DNA from: Flectonema sp. DT1601
Taxonomy: Eukaryota
Direction of reading: 5' to 3'
DNA length: 64,000 bases
Assembly: GCA_964019425.1 (NCBI GenBank)
Contig: OZ025788.1
Span: 186,001 to 250,000, forward strand
Part shown: one piece after another, positions 49,366 to 59,782 of the stretch
How positions within the stretch are numbered: position 1 is the stretch's first letter
How the letters are laid out: every line of letters begins with the position of its first letter
The notes under the pieces: generated by a model
The model's database searches: none
What the model was told of the DNA's origin: nothing
Seen by the model: the letters and a program-made list of their open reading frames with translations, nothing else
Made by a program: the position numbers and the translations under genes

Positions 49366-50223
49366 TTAGTCTGAGTTGTCCTCCTCCCCAGATACGTAGA
49401 TCATATTAATAAAGTCGTGATAAAATAACTCTTTTGCTTCAGGTCTCCTACTTGGATTCTTCTGAAGACAGACACGTAAGAATGATCGCGTCTCCGGGGT
49501 AAGTCCAATTGGGGGCATTCTGGATCTAATCTCAGTATTCGCAATGTTCATTAAAATATCCTCATCAGTTCCTGAAAGCCATTTGAACGGAGCTTTTGCC
49601 GTCAGCATTTCGATAACAAGACACCCGAGAGACCAAATGTCCTGCCTCCATGTGACTGGAGCAGTGATCCCTTTAACGATTACTTCTGGGGGCATCCACA
49701 AGTTTTTACAAGGAACCTTCTTCAACTTCGATAGTTGTGAAGCTCCAAACCCCGACAGTATTAAACTACCGCAAGCCTTTACAATAACATTCGCCCCTTT
49801 AATATCTCTATGAACAACACCCTCTCTGTGAAGGTACATTAATCCCTCTATTACTTGTCGGGTGTAGTTGGAAACAAGTTCGTGTGAGAGCGGACCAAAT
49901 TCAGTTAAAAGTGAGGCAATTGATCCTCCGGGTACGAACTCAATGAAGATATTCATGTGACCAATTTCACTATTGTCTTCGATTCCGATATATTGTGCGA
50001 TATTACATTTGAATTTCAGCTTTTCGAGTGCTTCGATGTCGTTGTGAAGTTGAGTGATAGCTTCCTGGTCAGTTCTAGTGACTGATATTTTGTTTACCGT
50101 CATCAGTTGACCGTTTCCATAATTTATGGCTATGTGGATTGTTCCGAACTCTCCCTGTTCAAGAAGCTTTCCTTTCTTCCACTTTATGAGGCACTCATTT
50201 GATAGCTCAGCCGTTAGTGACAT
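49366..50223 (-). CDS. Kinase-domain-only paralogue of the adjacent MAP3K, probable pseudokinase (285 aa)
   Basis: Collinear with the kinase domain at about 47400-48190. Gly-loop EQGEFG, VAIK position TVNK, DFG replaced by GFG, shortened activation loop; HRD retained. Confidence 0.8.
   Translation of the reverse strand: MSLTAELSNECLIKWKKGKLLEQGEFGTIHIAINYGNGQLMTVNKISVTRTDQEAITQLHNDIEALEKLKFKCNIAQYIGIEDNSEIGHMNIFIEFVPGGSIASLLTEFGPLSHELVSNYTRQVIEGLMYLHREGVVHRDIKGANVIVKACGSLILSGFGASQLSKLKKVPCKNLWMPPEVIVKGITAPVTWRQDIWSLGCLVIEMLTAKAPFKWLSGTDEDILMNIANTEIRSRMPPIGLTPETRSFLRVCLQKNPSRRPEAKELFYHDFINMIYVSGEEDNSD
49528..49669. repeat. 142-nt exact direct repeat, copy 2
   Basis: Identical to 47524-47665. 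Confidence 0.9.
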
Positions 50224-50505
50224 TTATAATGATTGTCTTTTTTTAAAAAAAAAAAAGAAATTATTTTTTTATTAAAATCAATACAAGTAAACTATTTGAA
50301 TAAGGATCTACGTGGTAACACAACAAAAAAAAAATAACGATGACTATCCCTCTTTTTTCACCCCTCTACTTAAGGTTAGGGTCCTCGGACCTTTGAGCGA
50401 CCACACGTGGTCGGTCTTGTGGGACTCAGGCCAATGTGATTGCGATTTACTTCTTACCGACCTCAGCAGTTGAAGATCACTGGGAAAGGTTTAGATCATT
50501 TTATA

Positions 50506-50552
<47 letters not shown>

Positions 50553-50650
50553 AAAAATCACTAAGCTGCATCAAAATAAGAAACTCCGGCAGTTTGAGAT
50601 TGCTATAAATGAAAATATTACAGATCCAAAAAAAAACAAAAGCAACTCAC

Positions 50651-51613
50651 CTATAACTTAATAGAACAGCTGTCAGGTTTCAGGGGTGAGTTCGCAATAA
50701 GCTTAAGAAGTGATGAGTATGCTTTTGATCTTTCCGAAGTTGGATCGTTGTCTCTAATTTCTCTTTGCAACACCTCAGCTAGTAGCGTAACATCACCTGG
50801 ATACAATACCGAACTACTTCTCGACAGAGTCGATGCTGCCGATTCCGTCGTAATCATCATTTCAGCAAAAGAGATATCTGCCATGGAATCCGTTGATGAC
50901 TTTGTGAACGCAGTGCTATTTATTAATGAAATAAATCCTGTTCCAAAACTATTAGCAAGTCTGTGACGCTGAACAAGACCATACAACTGCTGATCAGGAG
51001 AGAATAAATTTAACAACACAATAATATGAATTGAGAGATAAGCAGTCTCTTCATCTGAATCATCTAACGAATCAAGAAGCATTAGGGAACACTCTGTGAT
51101 TGATTCTTTTACTGTCTCGGTGAGAGGTGATCTAGCCAGAGCTTCTTTGGACATATTAGTAGCAAGATGTGTTAAAACATGTGTTGTCAGTAGTAAAATC
51201 GTATTTACGGATTTCAACAAATTCTCAGACAGAGCATCACGAGCACGAGAACGCAGTTCCATCGATGATATAATAGCACCCGAGACCATCATATGAACTA
51301 ATGTAACTGGTGATGATTTATTATGTTCTGAATAGAACGTTGTGATAGCTCCTCCTAACCTTGCAATACAAAGAGGGATTCCAAAAGGTTCTTCAGAAAT
51401 TATCGCTCCAAGACCTGCTTCTTGTTGAAGCCTCAATGATGTTGTTCCCAACCACTTCAGTAAGTGATAGTCATCTGATTCTATTATTGTTGTGATCATT
51501 GAAACATAAACACGTCCTCTGGTTATTTCCTTATCGAACATACTTCCCAACTCGTCGATATCTCTGATGAAGTCATCTCTGTTTTCATCAGATATTATAA
51601 CAGTGTCGGACAT
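50651..51613 (-). CDS. SPIN90/DIP/WISH (Ldb17/Dip1)-like protein, putative Arp2/3 activator
   Basis: LYPGDVTLLAEVLQREIRD...RSKAYSSLLKLI resembles the family motif FYxNDLxVLxDIxxRxLxD...RxxYLxLL; helical leucine-rich body. Confidence 0.55.
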   Translation of the reverse strand: MSDTVIISDENRDDFIRDIDELGSMFDKEITRGRVYVSMITTIIESDDYHLLKWLGTTSLRLQQEAGLGAIISEEPFGIPLCIARLGGAITTFYSEHNKSSPVTLVHMMVSGAIISSMELRSRARDALSENLLKSVNTILLLTTHVLTHLATNMSKEALARSPLTETVKESITECSLMLLDSLDDSDEETAYLSIHIIVLLNLFSPDQQLYGLVQRHRLANSFGTGFISLINSTAFTKSSTDSMADISFAEMMITTESAASTLSRSSSVLYPGDVTLLAEVLQREIRDNDPTSERSKAYSSLLKLIANSPLKPDSCSIKL

Positions 51614-52173
51614 GTTTTATATTTTTTTTTTTTTTTTAATATTCCTTGTTTTTTGAGGGAAGGGAGTAATTTGATACTGTATTTTCAAGCTCAAAGGAAC
51701 AATAATTTCTCCGACAAAGGGAGGAAAAAAAGTTTTAATTTTGTTATAAATAAATAAAAAAAAAATAAGGTTTCGGTCGATTCATTCTCTTTTTTTCTTT
51801 TTTCTATTCCTTTTTTTTCCAGAGGCAGAAAGAAACAGTATTCACATAGCAGAAGGTTTGTGTAGAATTTTTTTGTTTTGTTTTGTTTTGTTTTAAATTT
51901 ATTGAGAAATTCTCCATCGGACTCACCAAAACTTTTTTTTTTTTGTCATTTACTTCTCTTCAGAACTGTCAATTCACAACACCATCGTATCAACAAACAC
52001 TAAAATATAGAACCATTTGAAGCCACTTCTGTATAGCACGTATCCTGTTTACTATACTAAGTGATTAGTGACTGACCTGAAGACTTCTAGGTGAGAAAGA
52101 GTAACAGCGCAGGGTGAAAAAAAGAATAATTTGATGTGGGCAACGGAGAAAAACTCATTATATCGTATGCACA

Positions 52174-53349
52174 TCACTTCGAAGGGTTAACCTTGAGAGT
52201 CATTAGCATTGCCTTTTTGTCATCACCACCGTTATAAAATAAATATGAAACATAAATTAAGTTATTTTCATGTGAATAAGCGATTGAGGAATCCCTACCG
52301 TAACCAGTTGTTCCGTTTTGAAGAACGTGAATATCAGGAGATTGGCAGAGTTCAGAATCACAGAATGCTAATTTCAAACAACCCGTCGTTGCAGATGACG
52401 AATTAAAATAACTGATGATTGGAAATGGGGATAACGAGGGATAAAAATCGACTTCAGGAAAAACACCGTAGGCAGCAACGCCAATATTATCAATCTGGGT
52501 CAAGTTGCACATCAATTCCGAACCTATAACGCAATACTCAAAAAACCAACCTCCAGTAGTGGAGTCTAAATAGACACCACTCAACCTGTCTAGTCCACTC
52601 TGAACAGCAAATGAATACCTTCCAATATCATTTTTAGATGTTTTATTTATAGTACCGACAGTCTTTTTGTCACTTGTAGTGTTATATATAGTATATCTCA
52701 AATCTCCATTTAAATGGCTTTTGTCTTGATAAACAAAAGCATAACCAGAACTGGATGGGATGATAGAAGGATATTTACCATTTTGTGATCCAGAATCAAT
52801 TTTTCTTTTTGAAAATGAACTGCACTTTAAATCATTGCAAATTAGTAAGAGCAATCCTTCTCCCTGAACAAACGCAATAATATTTGGAAGACCAGTTTTA
52901 TCAAAAACAAAATCAGAGTATGCCGGTTCAGTAAACAAATTACCCTTCAACAACGTAACAACCGTATAGCTACTACAGGTTACATTCAGACATGTTGCTA
53001 TTTTTAGAGATGAGTCTAGCGATGTTTTTCCTTGTTCACTGTACGTCAATTGAGGGTATTTATTAAACGGGTTCATCTTCATTATAATAAAACGAGCGTT
53101 GTTAGGATTTGACGATCCATCGATCACAGTGTGAGTGACATTGGTGCAGAATTTATCTTCGCAATGGACCGCGGATGCTCCTCCTGCTTTTTCGTTGTTA
53201 AAAACGATAAACGGAAGTCCGTCAGATCCAACTTTAACATTTGTGTATCTACCAGAATAATCACCCACAAGCTGATCAGATAAAATACTCAACGAAGGAA
53301 GTGATGATATGACTGCAATACTCAGCAAGACCGCTAGTTGTGACATCAC
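52174..53349 (-). CDS. Secreted repeat protein with Cx4C motifs, probable beta-propeller
   Basis: Hydrophobic signal peptide; repeats of G(R/K)Y(T/P/S)...GLP...(L)xxxxCxDxxC; several N-x-S/T sequons; intronless. Confidence 0.7.
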   Translation of the reverse strand: MMSQLAVLLSIAVISSLPSLSILSDQLVGDYSGRYTNVKVGSDGLPFIVFNNEKAGGASAVHCEDKFCTNVTHTVIDGSSNPNNARFIIMKMNPFNKYPQLTYSEQGKTSLDSSLKIATCLNVTCSSYTVVTLLKGNLFTEPAYSDFVFDKTGLPNIIAFVQGEGLLLLICNDLKCSSFSKRKIDSGSQNGKYPSIIPSSSGYAFVYQDKSHLNGDLRYTIYNTTSDKKTVGTINKTSKNDIGRYSFAVQSGLDRLSGVYLDSTTGGWFFEYCVIGSELMCNLTQIDNIGVAAYGVFPEVDFYPSLSPFPIISYFNSSSATTGCLKLAFCDSELCQSPDIHVLQNGTTGYGRDSSIAYSHENNLIYVSYLFYNGGDDKKAMLMTLKVNPSK

Positions 53350-54471
53350 TGAGATTGGTGTCCTTGTCTTCGTCTGTGTGTTGAAAAAAAAAAGTAAATA
53401 TAATAATTAAACTTTGACACACATTAAATTAAAAAAAATAATAATTACTCCTGGCAGGTTCACCGCGGAGAGAGGGACAGGTGGTAGCGCTACTAACTTA
53501 ATAAAACACTTTTTTTTTTTTTTTTTTTTTTTTTAAAGTTTGGGAAGAAGAGTTGATTGCTTCACAACAAAAAAAAAAAAACAAAAAAAAAGGTCTTTAT
53601 TTTCTTTTTTCTTTTTCTTTTTTTTAATAAGTTTTTAACAAAGAGCAAGAAAAGTGCTTGTCAGGGGGACGTGGGGCGGAATGGTCCGGCGCACGTTATA
53701 AAACTCAAAATAAGTTGACTACTGCGTACCACTAGTCCTTTGTATTTTTTAATTGTTCTCTCATTCTAGCAAACTACCAGCTAAAAGTAGATTGGAAAGA
53801 AAAGAAGGACCACGCATCGGTTATAATAATGAGCGAGTCACCACAGCAAGACTACCCGAGACAGCAGCACCAAACATAGATGTCAGTCTGCGGTACGGTT
53901 AATTTTTTTTTTAAAAAAAAAGAAAATTTATTGTTTTGTATTTATACTTGTTGTTGTTGCTGTTGTTGGTTTTCCCTAAAGAAATGTTCAGTCAATGTTC
54001 TATTTATTCGAATATAAAATAAAAAAAAAAGGGGGAAATTTATTTATTTTTTATTTTATTTATTTATTTTTCGTCTTTTTTTTTTTTTTTAATTTAATTT
54101 TGGCTTAAAAATTTCGGATGGAAAAAAAAAAAAAAAAAAAAAAAAAAGCAGAAATTCCAATTTACCTGCCGAAATTTCTTGTAGACGATAATAGTATGCA
54201 GTTGTTTTTTTTATTATTTTTTTTTTAGTTTTTTTTAAAAGAAATTAAACTTAGACGAGGATCAACGTGTGTTCTCAGTACGCATATTCTCAACTAATTA
54301 CCAAAATAAGACAAGAACAGTTATTTTCCCTCTCTCTCACTGAGAGGAAAAAAGCTGCTTTTTTTTTTTTCTCAAAAGCTTCCAAAGACGACTTGCGAAA
54401 GTATTAAATCCAAGAGAGTCGGAAAGCTATTGTGACGAGACAACCTCTTACGCTACATAATAAAAGAATGT

Positions 54472-56022
54472 CTATGCGCTTGATGTTGGCTGGCTGGCTG
54501 CGTGAGCTTTAATAAGCGATGCCAAACGAACAGTGCAGAATGCTGCCAAGAGATGTGCGCAGGAGCAGATTGCGAAGTCAGCCTTCACAGATAATGTTCC
54601 CTGGTTAGCAAGTACTAAACACACAACAGCGTTTAGAGGAATTCTAAAAATATTCATAATCGTAGCACGACCCTCCTCCGGAAGGTACGCAGATCGAAGT
54701 GACATAATAGCTGGCCAGAAGATTCCAACACAAACTTCAAAGACACAGAAGCACAACATAATAACCAGAGGGCTGTCACTAAACACTGGTCCAGCCATTG
54801 ATGCCGCCGCGGCGAAGAATGTTCCCACCAAAAACTGTTGCGGCTTCTGAGCTGCTGAGAGGTAGTTAAATATCGTAGCGCCAATACTACAACTTATCAT
54901 AAACGATGCGAATACGAATCCGTGCGGAACGGTTCCCTTATCTTCGAGAATAGGAGTCCACACAAACACAAAAGTATACATCGCACCCTCAAACAACGCC
55001 TGAATAAGTCCCAGTAGAGCAATCTGTGTTGTTTGTTAATGTAAGATGAAAGACTTTAAAAAAATATCCCTCTTAAGCTCAGAACGAAAAATAAAAAACC
55101 CGGCAATTAAATTAATACAAACCCTCGAGTCTGCCCTCACCGCTGCGATTGCTTTCTGAAGTCCTTGTGTTTGGGATGATTGGGCGTCTCCGTAGTTCTC
55201 TGGCCACGTGAAGGTGATGAGAAGTGTTCCAATAATAAGAGCGAGAGCTGACAAATCAAACGGAGCAACAGGATGACCATTGTAAGCCCAGACAGCTCCT
55301 TGAGCAGCGAAACCAGAAGCAATGGCTACGAGTCCGTTACCTGCTACTGCGAGTGAGAAGGTTCCTCCAATCCAATCCCCTTCAAATCCTCTGCTGTGAT
55401 GTTCTGAGACCATCCATGACTCAAATGCAGACCATAAAATAGATGTACTAAATCCACCCAACAACCTTCCCAACACTAAAACGTAGAAGTTGTTAAAGTG
55501 TTTCGTCAAGCAGCTGTTTTATTGTAATGAGAACAAACCAATAAATACTTTAATCATGTCTTCACTATAAATAATAAATCAATACATACCATAACGCATA
55601 AGTAATTCCATACACCTGACAATTGAGTCTTCTGCCGTACTTATCAGCAAGTGTTCTGTTTTATGTTATTATTTCTCGTAGACACATCAAGTGACTAATT
55701 GTTGTAAACAACAAACATACCCAGCGAAAGTACCAAAAATCATCGAAGAACCAAAACCTATAATAAACAATAAAGCATTTTCTTCATGAGTGAATCCATA
55801 ATGTTTATATAACGAATACACAGTTGGTCCCTGCAACCAATCAGCTGAAGTCATTACTAAGTAGACGAGTACATATCCTTTTTGAAATTTTAAAAATCTT
55901 TCATTGGTTGCACCAGATGACTCGCTCTTCTTCGGTTGGCTGAATCGAACTACAACAAATACCAAACTCAACCCAATTAATAGGGTTGTGTACATCTGCT
56001 CTCCTGATAGGTAGCCTTCCAT
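54472..56022 (-). CDS. MFSD5: MFS transporter, MFSD5/MOT2 (molybdate-anion transporter) family (~436 aa)
   Basis: FQKGYVLVY...ADWLQGP, LADKYGRR, GRLLGGFSTSILWSAFESWMVSEH, ENYG, FEGAMYTFVFVWTP, RATIMNIFRIPLN. Exons 56022-55721, 55655-55590, 55513-55123, 55023-54472. Confidence 0.92.
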
Positions 56023-56172
56023 GTTTTTTTTTTATCAAATTATTTGTGTAGTACTAATAATGAGTAAAATAAGAGATAAAGAGTCCCACAAATAAAATAA
56101 TACCGCAAACAAGAGGGTTTGTGTAGATTAGAAAGAAGGAATAAGAGAGGGTCGACAGATTTCTTTTTTAAA

Positions 56173-56415
56173 TTATTCCGTAATCCCAAATGCCAATAAC
56201 GTGTCATCGATGAAGTCAGTCTTCTTCGTACGACCACTTTGAGTAAGCATCGCGTAGTGAATCGGATGACGAAGTCTAAAATGAAGTAACAGACATGTTC
56301 GCTGAATTCCCAAGTCCCAATCTCGTCGAATCCACTGCCGTGTTTGGATAACCCTACAACTAATACAGAGAAACACAAGAAAACTCAAAACACAACAAAA
56401 TGATAACCCGTCCAT
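56173..56415 (-). pseudogene. Possible frameshifted BRICK1/HSPC300-like remnant
   Basis: Segments IRRDWDL, EFSEH...DFVIRFTTRC and KTDFIDDTLLAF lie in two reading frames and loosely match BRK1 (IHQDWANREYIE...DFLNSFDMSC...KLTALERRIEYIE). Speculative. Confidence 0.25.
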
Positions 56416-57306
56416 GTTTGATTAATACTGTGAATGTAAATACTTAAAGCAGTTGTGTACTTCAAGTCAGTTGGTGTCTTCGATCATCAACCTCGTCTGT
56501 GTCTGTCTGTCTGTTATTATTAAAGGGAATGTCTGATGATTTGAGTTTATTTATTTATTTTTTTAAAATCATTTAAAAAAAAGAAAGTGCAAGGATTTCA
56601 AACACACGCTGACAAACAGCGCCTACAAAGGAAAGGAAACATCTTTAAAAAGATGTTTTTTTTTTTTTTTTTTTAAATATTGTTCGAACCACAGTATCAG
56701 GAATCCAAGACAGAGTGGTAGTCCATTTTGCAAGTGATGCAATTAAAAATACCTTTATACTCTACCCAACAGTCCTGCTACATAGTGTATTGAGCTTAGA
56801 AACACAATAAAAAAAAGAAAAAGATAGTGTCGTGTAAAGGGTTAGTTCATCATGCATGTTTGACTACCAGATTCAATTGAGAAAATCAAACTTTTTTTAG
56901 GTGCAGAAAAGTAGTCAAATTAGAAATTAGAAAAAAAAATCAACACAAAACTTTGCAACTCAGAAATGGGAGTTAGTGAGCTGGAAAAAAATGTGTTATC
57001 AATTCTTATTTTTATTTATTTTTTTTTTTTTATTTTTTTTTTGACGTGAAAAAGTGAAAAACAGCAATAAAAAGAGAGGAATTACAGTTTATCCAAACGA
57101 TGAACCGAAGGATAGGAAAAGACAATTATCCAAGACAGGAATTGCTACGTATACACAACTATTACTTTAATCGAATACGGGATACTACTTTACAAGAGTG
57201 AAGCTATCTTGGGTAAGTAGCCTTCCGCTATTAAGCAACACAAACACAAACATAAACACGCTGGTCAAAAGTACCCAGAAGAAAAGCAGTAAAACAAAAG
57301 AACACA

Positions 57307-58506
57307 TCAGACTGGAGGAAGAGGATCTTTCACAACAGTTGAGTACTGTAGTTTTACTATTCTATCTGATCTATCGGTATTGTTGTCGTGTGGTTCGGGG
57401 ATATGAGGATCTGGGAAATCTTCCGACACATCCACTTTCTTTGATAAAATAGTTTCATATAAATATTCAACGATATCAACGTACTTAGAAAGACAATGGA
57501 AATGTGAAGATCTTCTCGCATTTATTACATCAGCTTCATGCTGAGCGTATGATTTCGTCGCACCATCATCTGAAAACTTTTCCACAAAAGACATAACTTT
57601 CAAAGAGGCATCTTCAGCAATTTCATACAAAATACCGAGTAAGGTATTGTGACCAACTGACATCTGTCGATGTAGTGCCGTAGTCTGATTGTTAAATTCC
57701 TTGTCAGCTGTCGTCTGAATATCGTCAACGACTTCGATCATTTCATTTTTGAGAGAAATTAACTTTTCAACTGACGATTGGTTGTGAAGATGACGTTGTT
57801 TTGTTTGTAGCCATTCAGACTTAATATTAACAAGCTGTTCTAATTGATCATTAACGTGGTTTCTAAGATAAGATTCTTTTTGTGTAATCAGATCTTGAAT
57901 ACGCTGACCCTTAACATTTAGTTTCGCTATTTCAATTTCATAGTTAACAATCTCAGAGCGATTTAGTTCATACTGTGATCGTAAATTTGATAATTTGATT
58001 GAGTTGGTTGATTTCATTTTATTTAATTCATTTATAATAGTGATCCCCCTGAATCCTAAGTGGTATTCTTGTTCTTTTAATGAGCAGTTTATTATACTTG
58101 ATATCGAGTGTTCGATATCTTTTATTAGTGAAGTATTAGTATTGTGATTAATGTGTTGTACTATTTCACAGGTAGAGTTGTTGCTGTTTGATTGAGTTTC
58201 TATTCGAGATCGTTGCAGACTTATTGCGTTAGCCAAATCATTAATCCTTTCAATGTCTACACTAAAAGAGTTTTTATGACGCCCTTCGAGGGAAGATAAT
58301 TTCATTTCCAATGAAATTTTTTCAGGTTTTTCTGCTTCTGATTGCCTTCTTTTTCTCACACAGCTGTCGATGTCACTACGAATTTTTATTAAATTTCGCA
58401 GGCTACTCTCATGGAGACTAACATGATCATCCAAAACAACATCAACTTGACCACATGATAACTCGTCCCACATTCTCTTAGCATCTGTTGTGATTGGTAG
58501 TGACAT
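57307..58506 (-). CDS. Hypothetical coiled-coil protein (399 aa)
   Basis: Long ORF with heptad-like helical composition; pyrimidine-AG at 58521 upstream of the ATG. Confidence 0.7.
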   Translation of the reverse strand: MSLPITTDAKRMWDELSCGQVDVVLDDHVSLHESSLRNLIKIRSDIDSCVRKRRQSEAEKPEKISLEMKLSSLEGRHKNSFSVDIERINDLANAISLQRSRIETQSNSNNSTCEIVQHINHNTNTSLIKDIEHSISSIINCSLKEQEYHLGFRGITIINELNKMKSTNSIKLSNLRSQYELNRSEIVNYEIEIAKLNVKGQRIQDLITQKESYLRNHVNDQLEQLVNIKSEWLQTKQRHLHNQSSVEKLISLKNEMIEVVDDIQTTADKEFNNQTTALHRQMSVGHNTLLGILYEIAEDASLKVMSFVEKFSDDGATKSYAQHEADVINARRSSHFHCLSKYVDIVEYLYETILSKKVDVSEDFPDPHIPEPHDNNTDRSDRIVKLQYSTVVKDPLPPV

Positions 58507-58954
58507 TTTATTGTTTCATACTGGGGAGGTAAATGGACAGGTTTTTTTACATGCTGTAAAGAGAAATATTCTCGCGGATTTGGGGTTTTTTTTTTTTTTT
58601 TTTTTTTTCAAACTCGCGAGTTTTTCTCCACAATAACATTTCTCTTTACAGAAACAAACAACAAGTGACGCCACATCGTTATAACACGCAACGTGTTCTG
58701 TATGTTGTCGGGAGCGCTACAGCTTTTGATGATAACAATTCACCATCTCAGAGAGCCCTGTTGCGAATCGTGTTAGTAACTCGAACATCGTATTAACATT
58801 CTCGAAAACAATTATTGTTATTGAGGTTCTTTGGGACTTTCTTGACCTGCGACAAACTGCTACACACTAAGAGCCCCAAAGTAAAAAATCACGATCCCCA
58901 CCAAAATAATGACCACCACGGAACACTGTAGGTAATAATATGATGCAGTCAGTA

Positions 58955-59443
58955 TCAGTTCTTTTTTACCAACTCGTACCAAGGATCCTCTCCGTGGACT
59001 ACTGATGATAGGCCTACCAATTCAAATCCACAGGATTTGTAAAAACTTACTAAATGTTCCTTTGCAATGAGAGATATTTTAGTCACCTGTTTGTCTTTCG
59101 CAATAGCCTCGAGATAGGCACAAAGTCCACGACGTGCGTGACCTTGTTTTTGAAATATTGGCAATGTGCACACGCTGTGAATGCACAGATGAGACCCTTC
59201 AGGTGCGTGTCCATACATGCTGTCCTCAGTGAGAACATCACTGGAACTTAATGTACCACAAACAAACCCGACTAAATTGCCGTCTTCATTAACGTTTTTC
59301 TTGAAATATGAATTTGCTCCCTCCATTCTATTTTTCAGAGTGTTTTTATCAGCCATTTCATCTGCAGGATATCCCTCTTCCTCAGAAGCGGCTATTTTAT
59401 CCAAGTCATCGAGAGTGACTGAAAGTCCGTATTGAAATGTCAT
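58955..59443 (-). CDS. GNAT acetyltransferase, AANAT/Paa1 (arylalkylamine/polyamine) type
   Basis: EEEGYPADE, LVGFVCGT, LCIHSVC...QKQGHA, LIAKEHLVSFYKSCGF, HGEDPWYE. Confidence 0.85.
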   Translation of the reverse strand: MTFQYGLSVTLDDLDKIAASEEEGYPADEMADKNTLKNRMEGANSYFKKNVNEDGNLVGFVCGTLSSSDVLTEDSMYGHAPEGSHLCIHSVCTLPIFQKQGHARRGLCAYLEAIAKDKQVTKISLIAKEHLVSFYKSCGFELVGLSSVVHGEDPWYELVKKN

Positions 59444-59782
59444 TGTTTCTATGTGGTAACTTAATGCTGCATTAAACGTGTTTTATATTTAAAAAATATA
59501 TAATAAAATTAGCTGCTCTCAGTAATCACAATTTCATTGGTTTCTGTTTAAAAGAATAATTTTATATGAATTTTTTTTTTTTTTTTCTCCAAGGTTTACA
59601 AGGGTTTCATGGGGAAGGGAAAAACTAAAATAATAACAATCGCATTCTAGTAGTAACTATTCTACATAAAAAGATTTTAAAAAAAAAAAAAAAAAAAAAA
59701 GGAATCTAAAAAAAAATAAAATAAAAAAACTGGGCAATAGTTACACGGAACGAATAAATTACAGCCTACCGCAATCGTCTAA

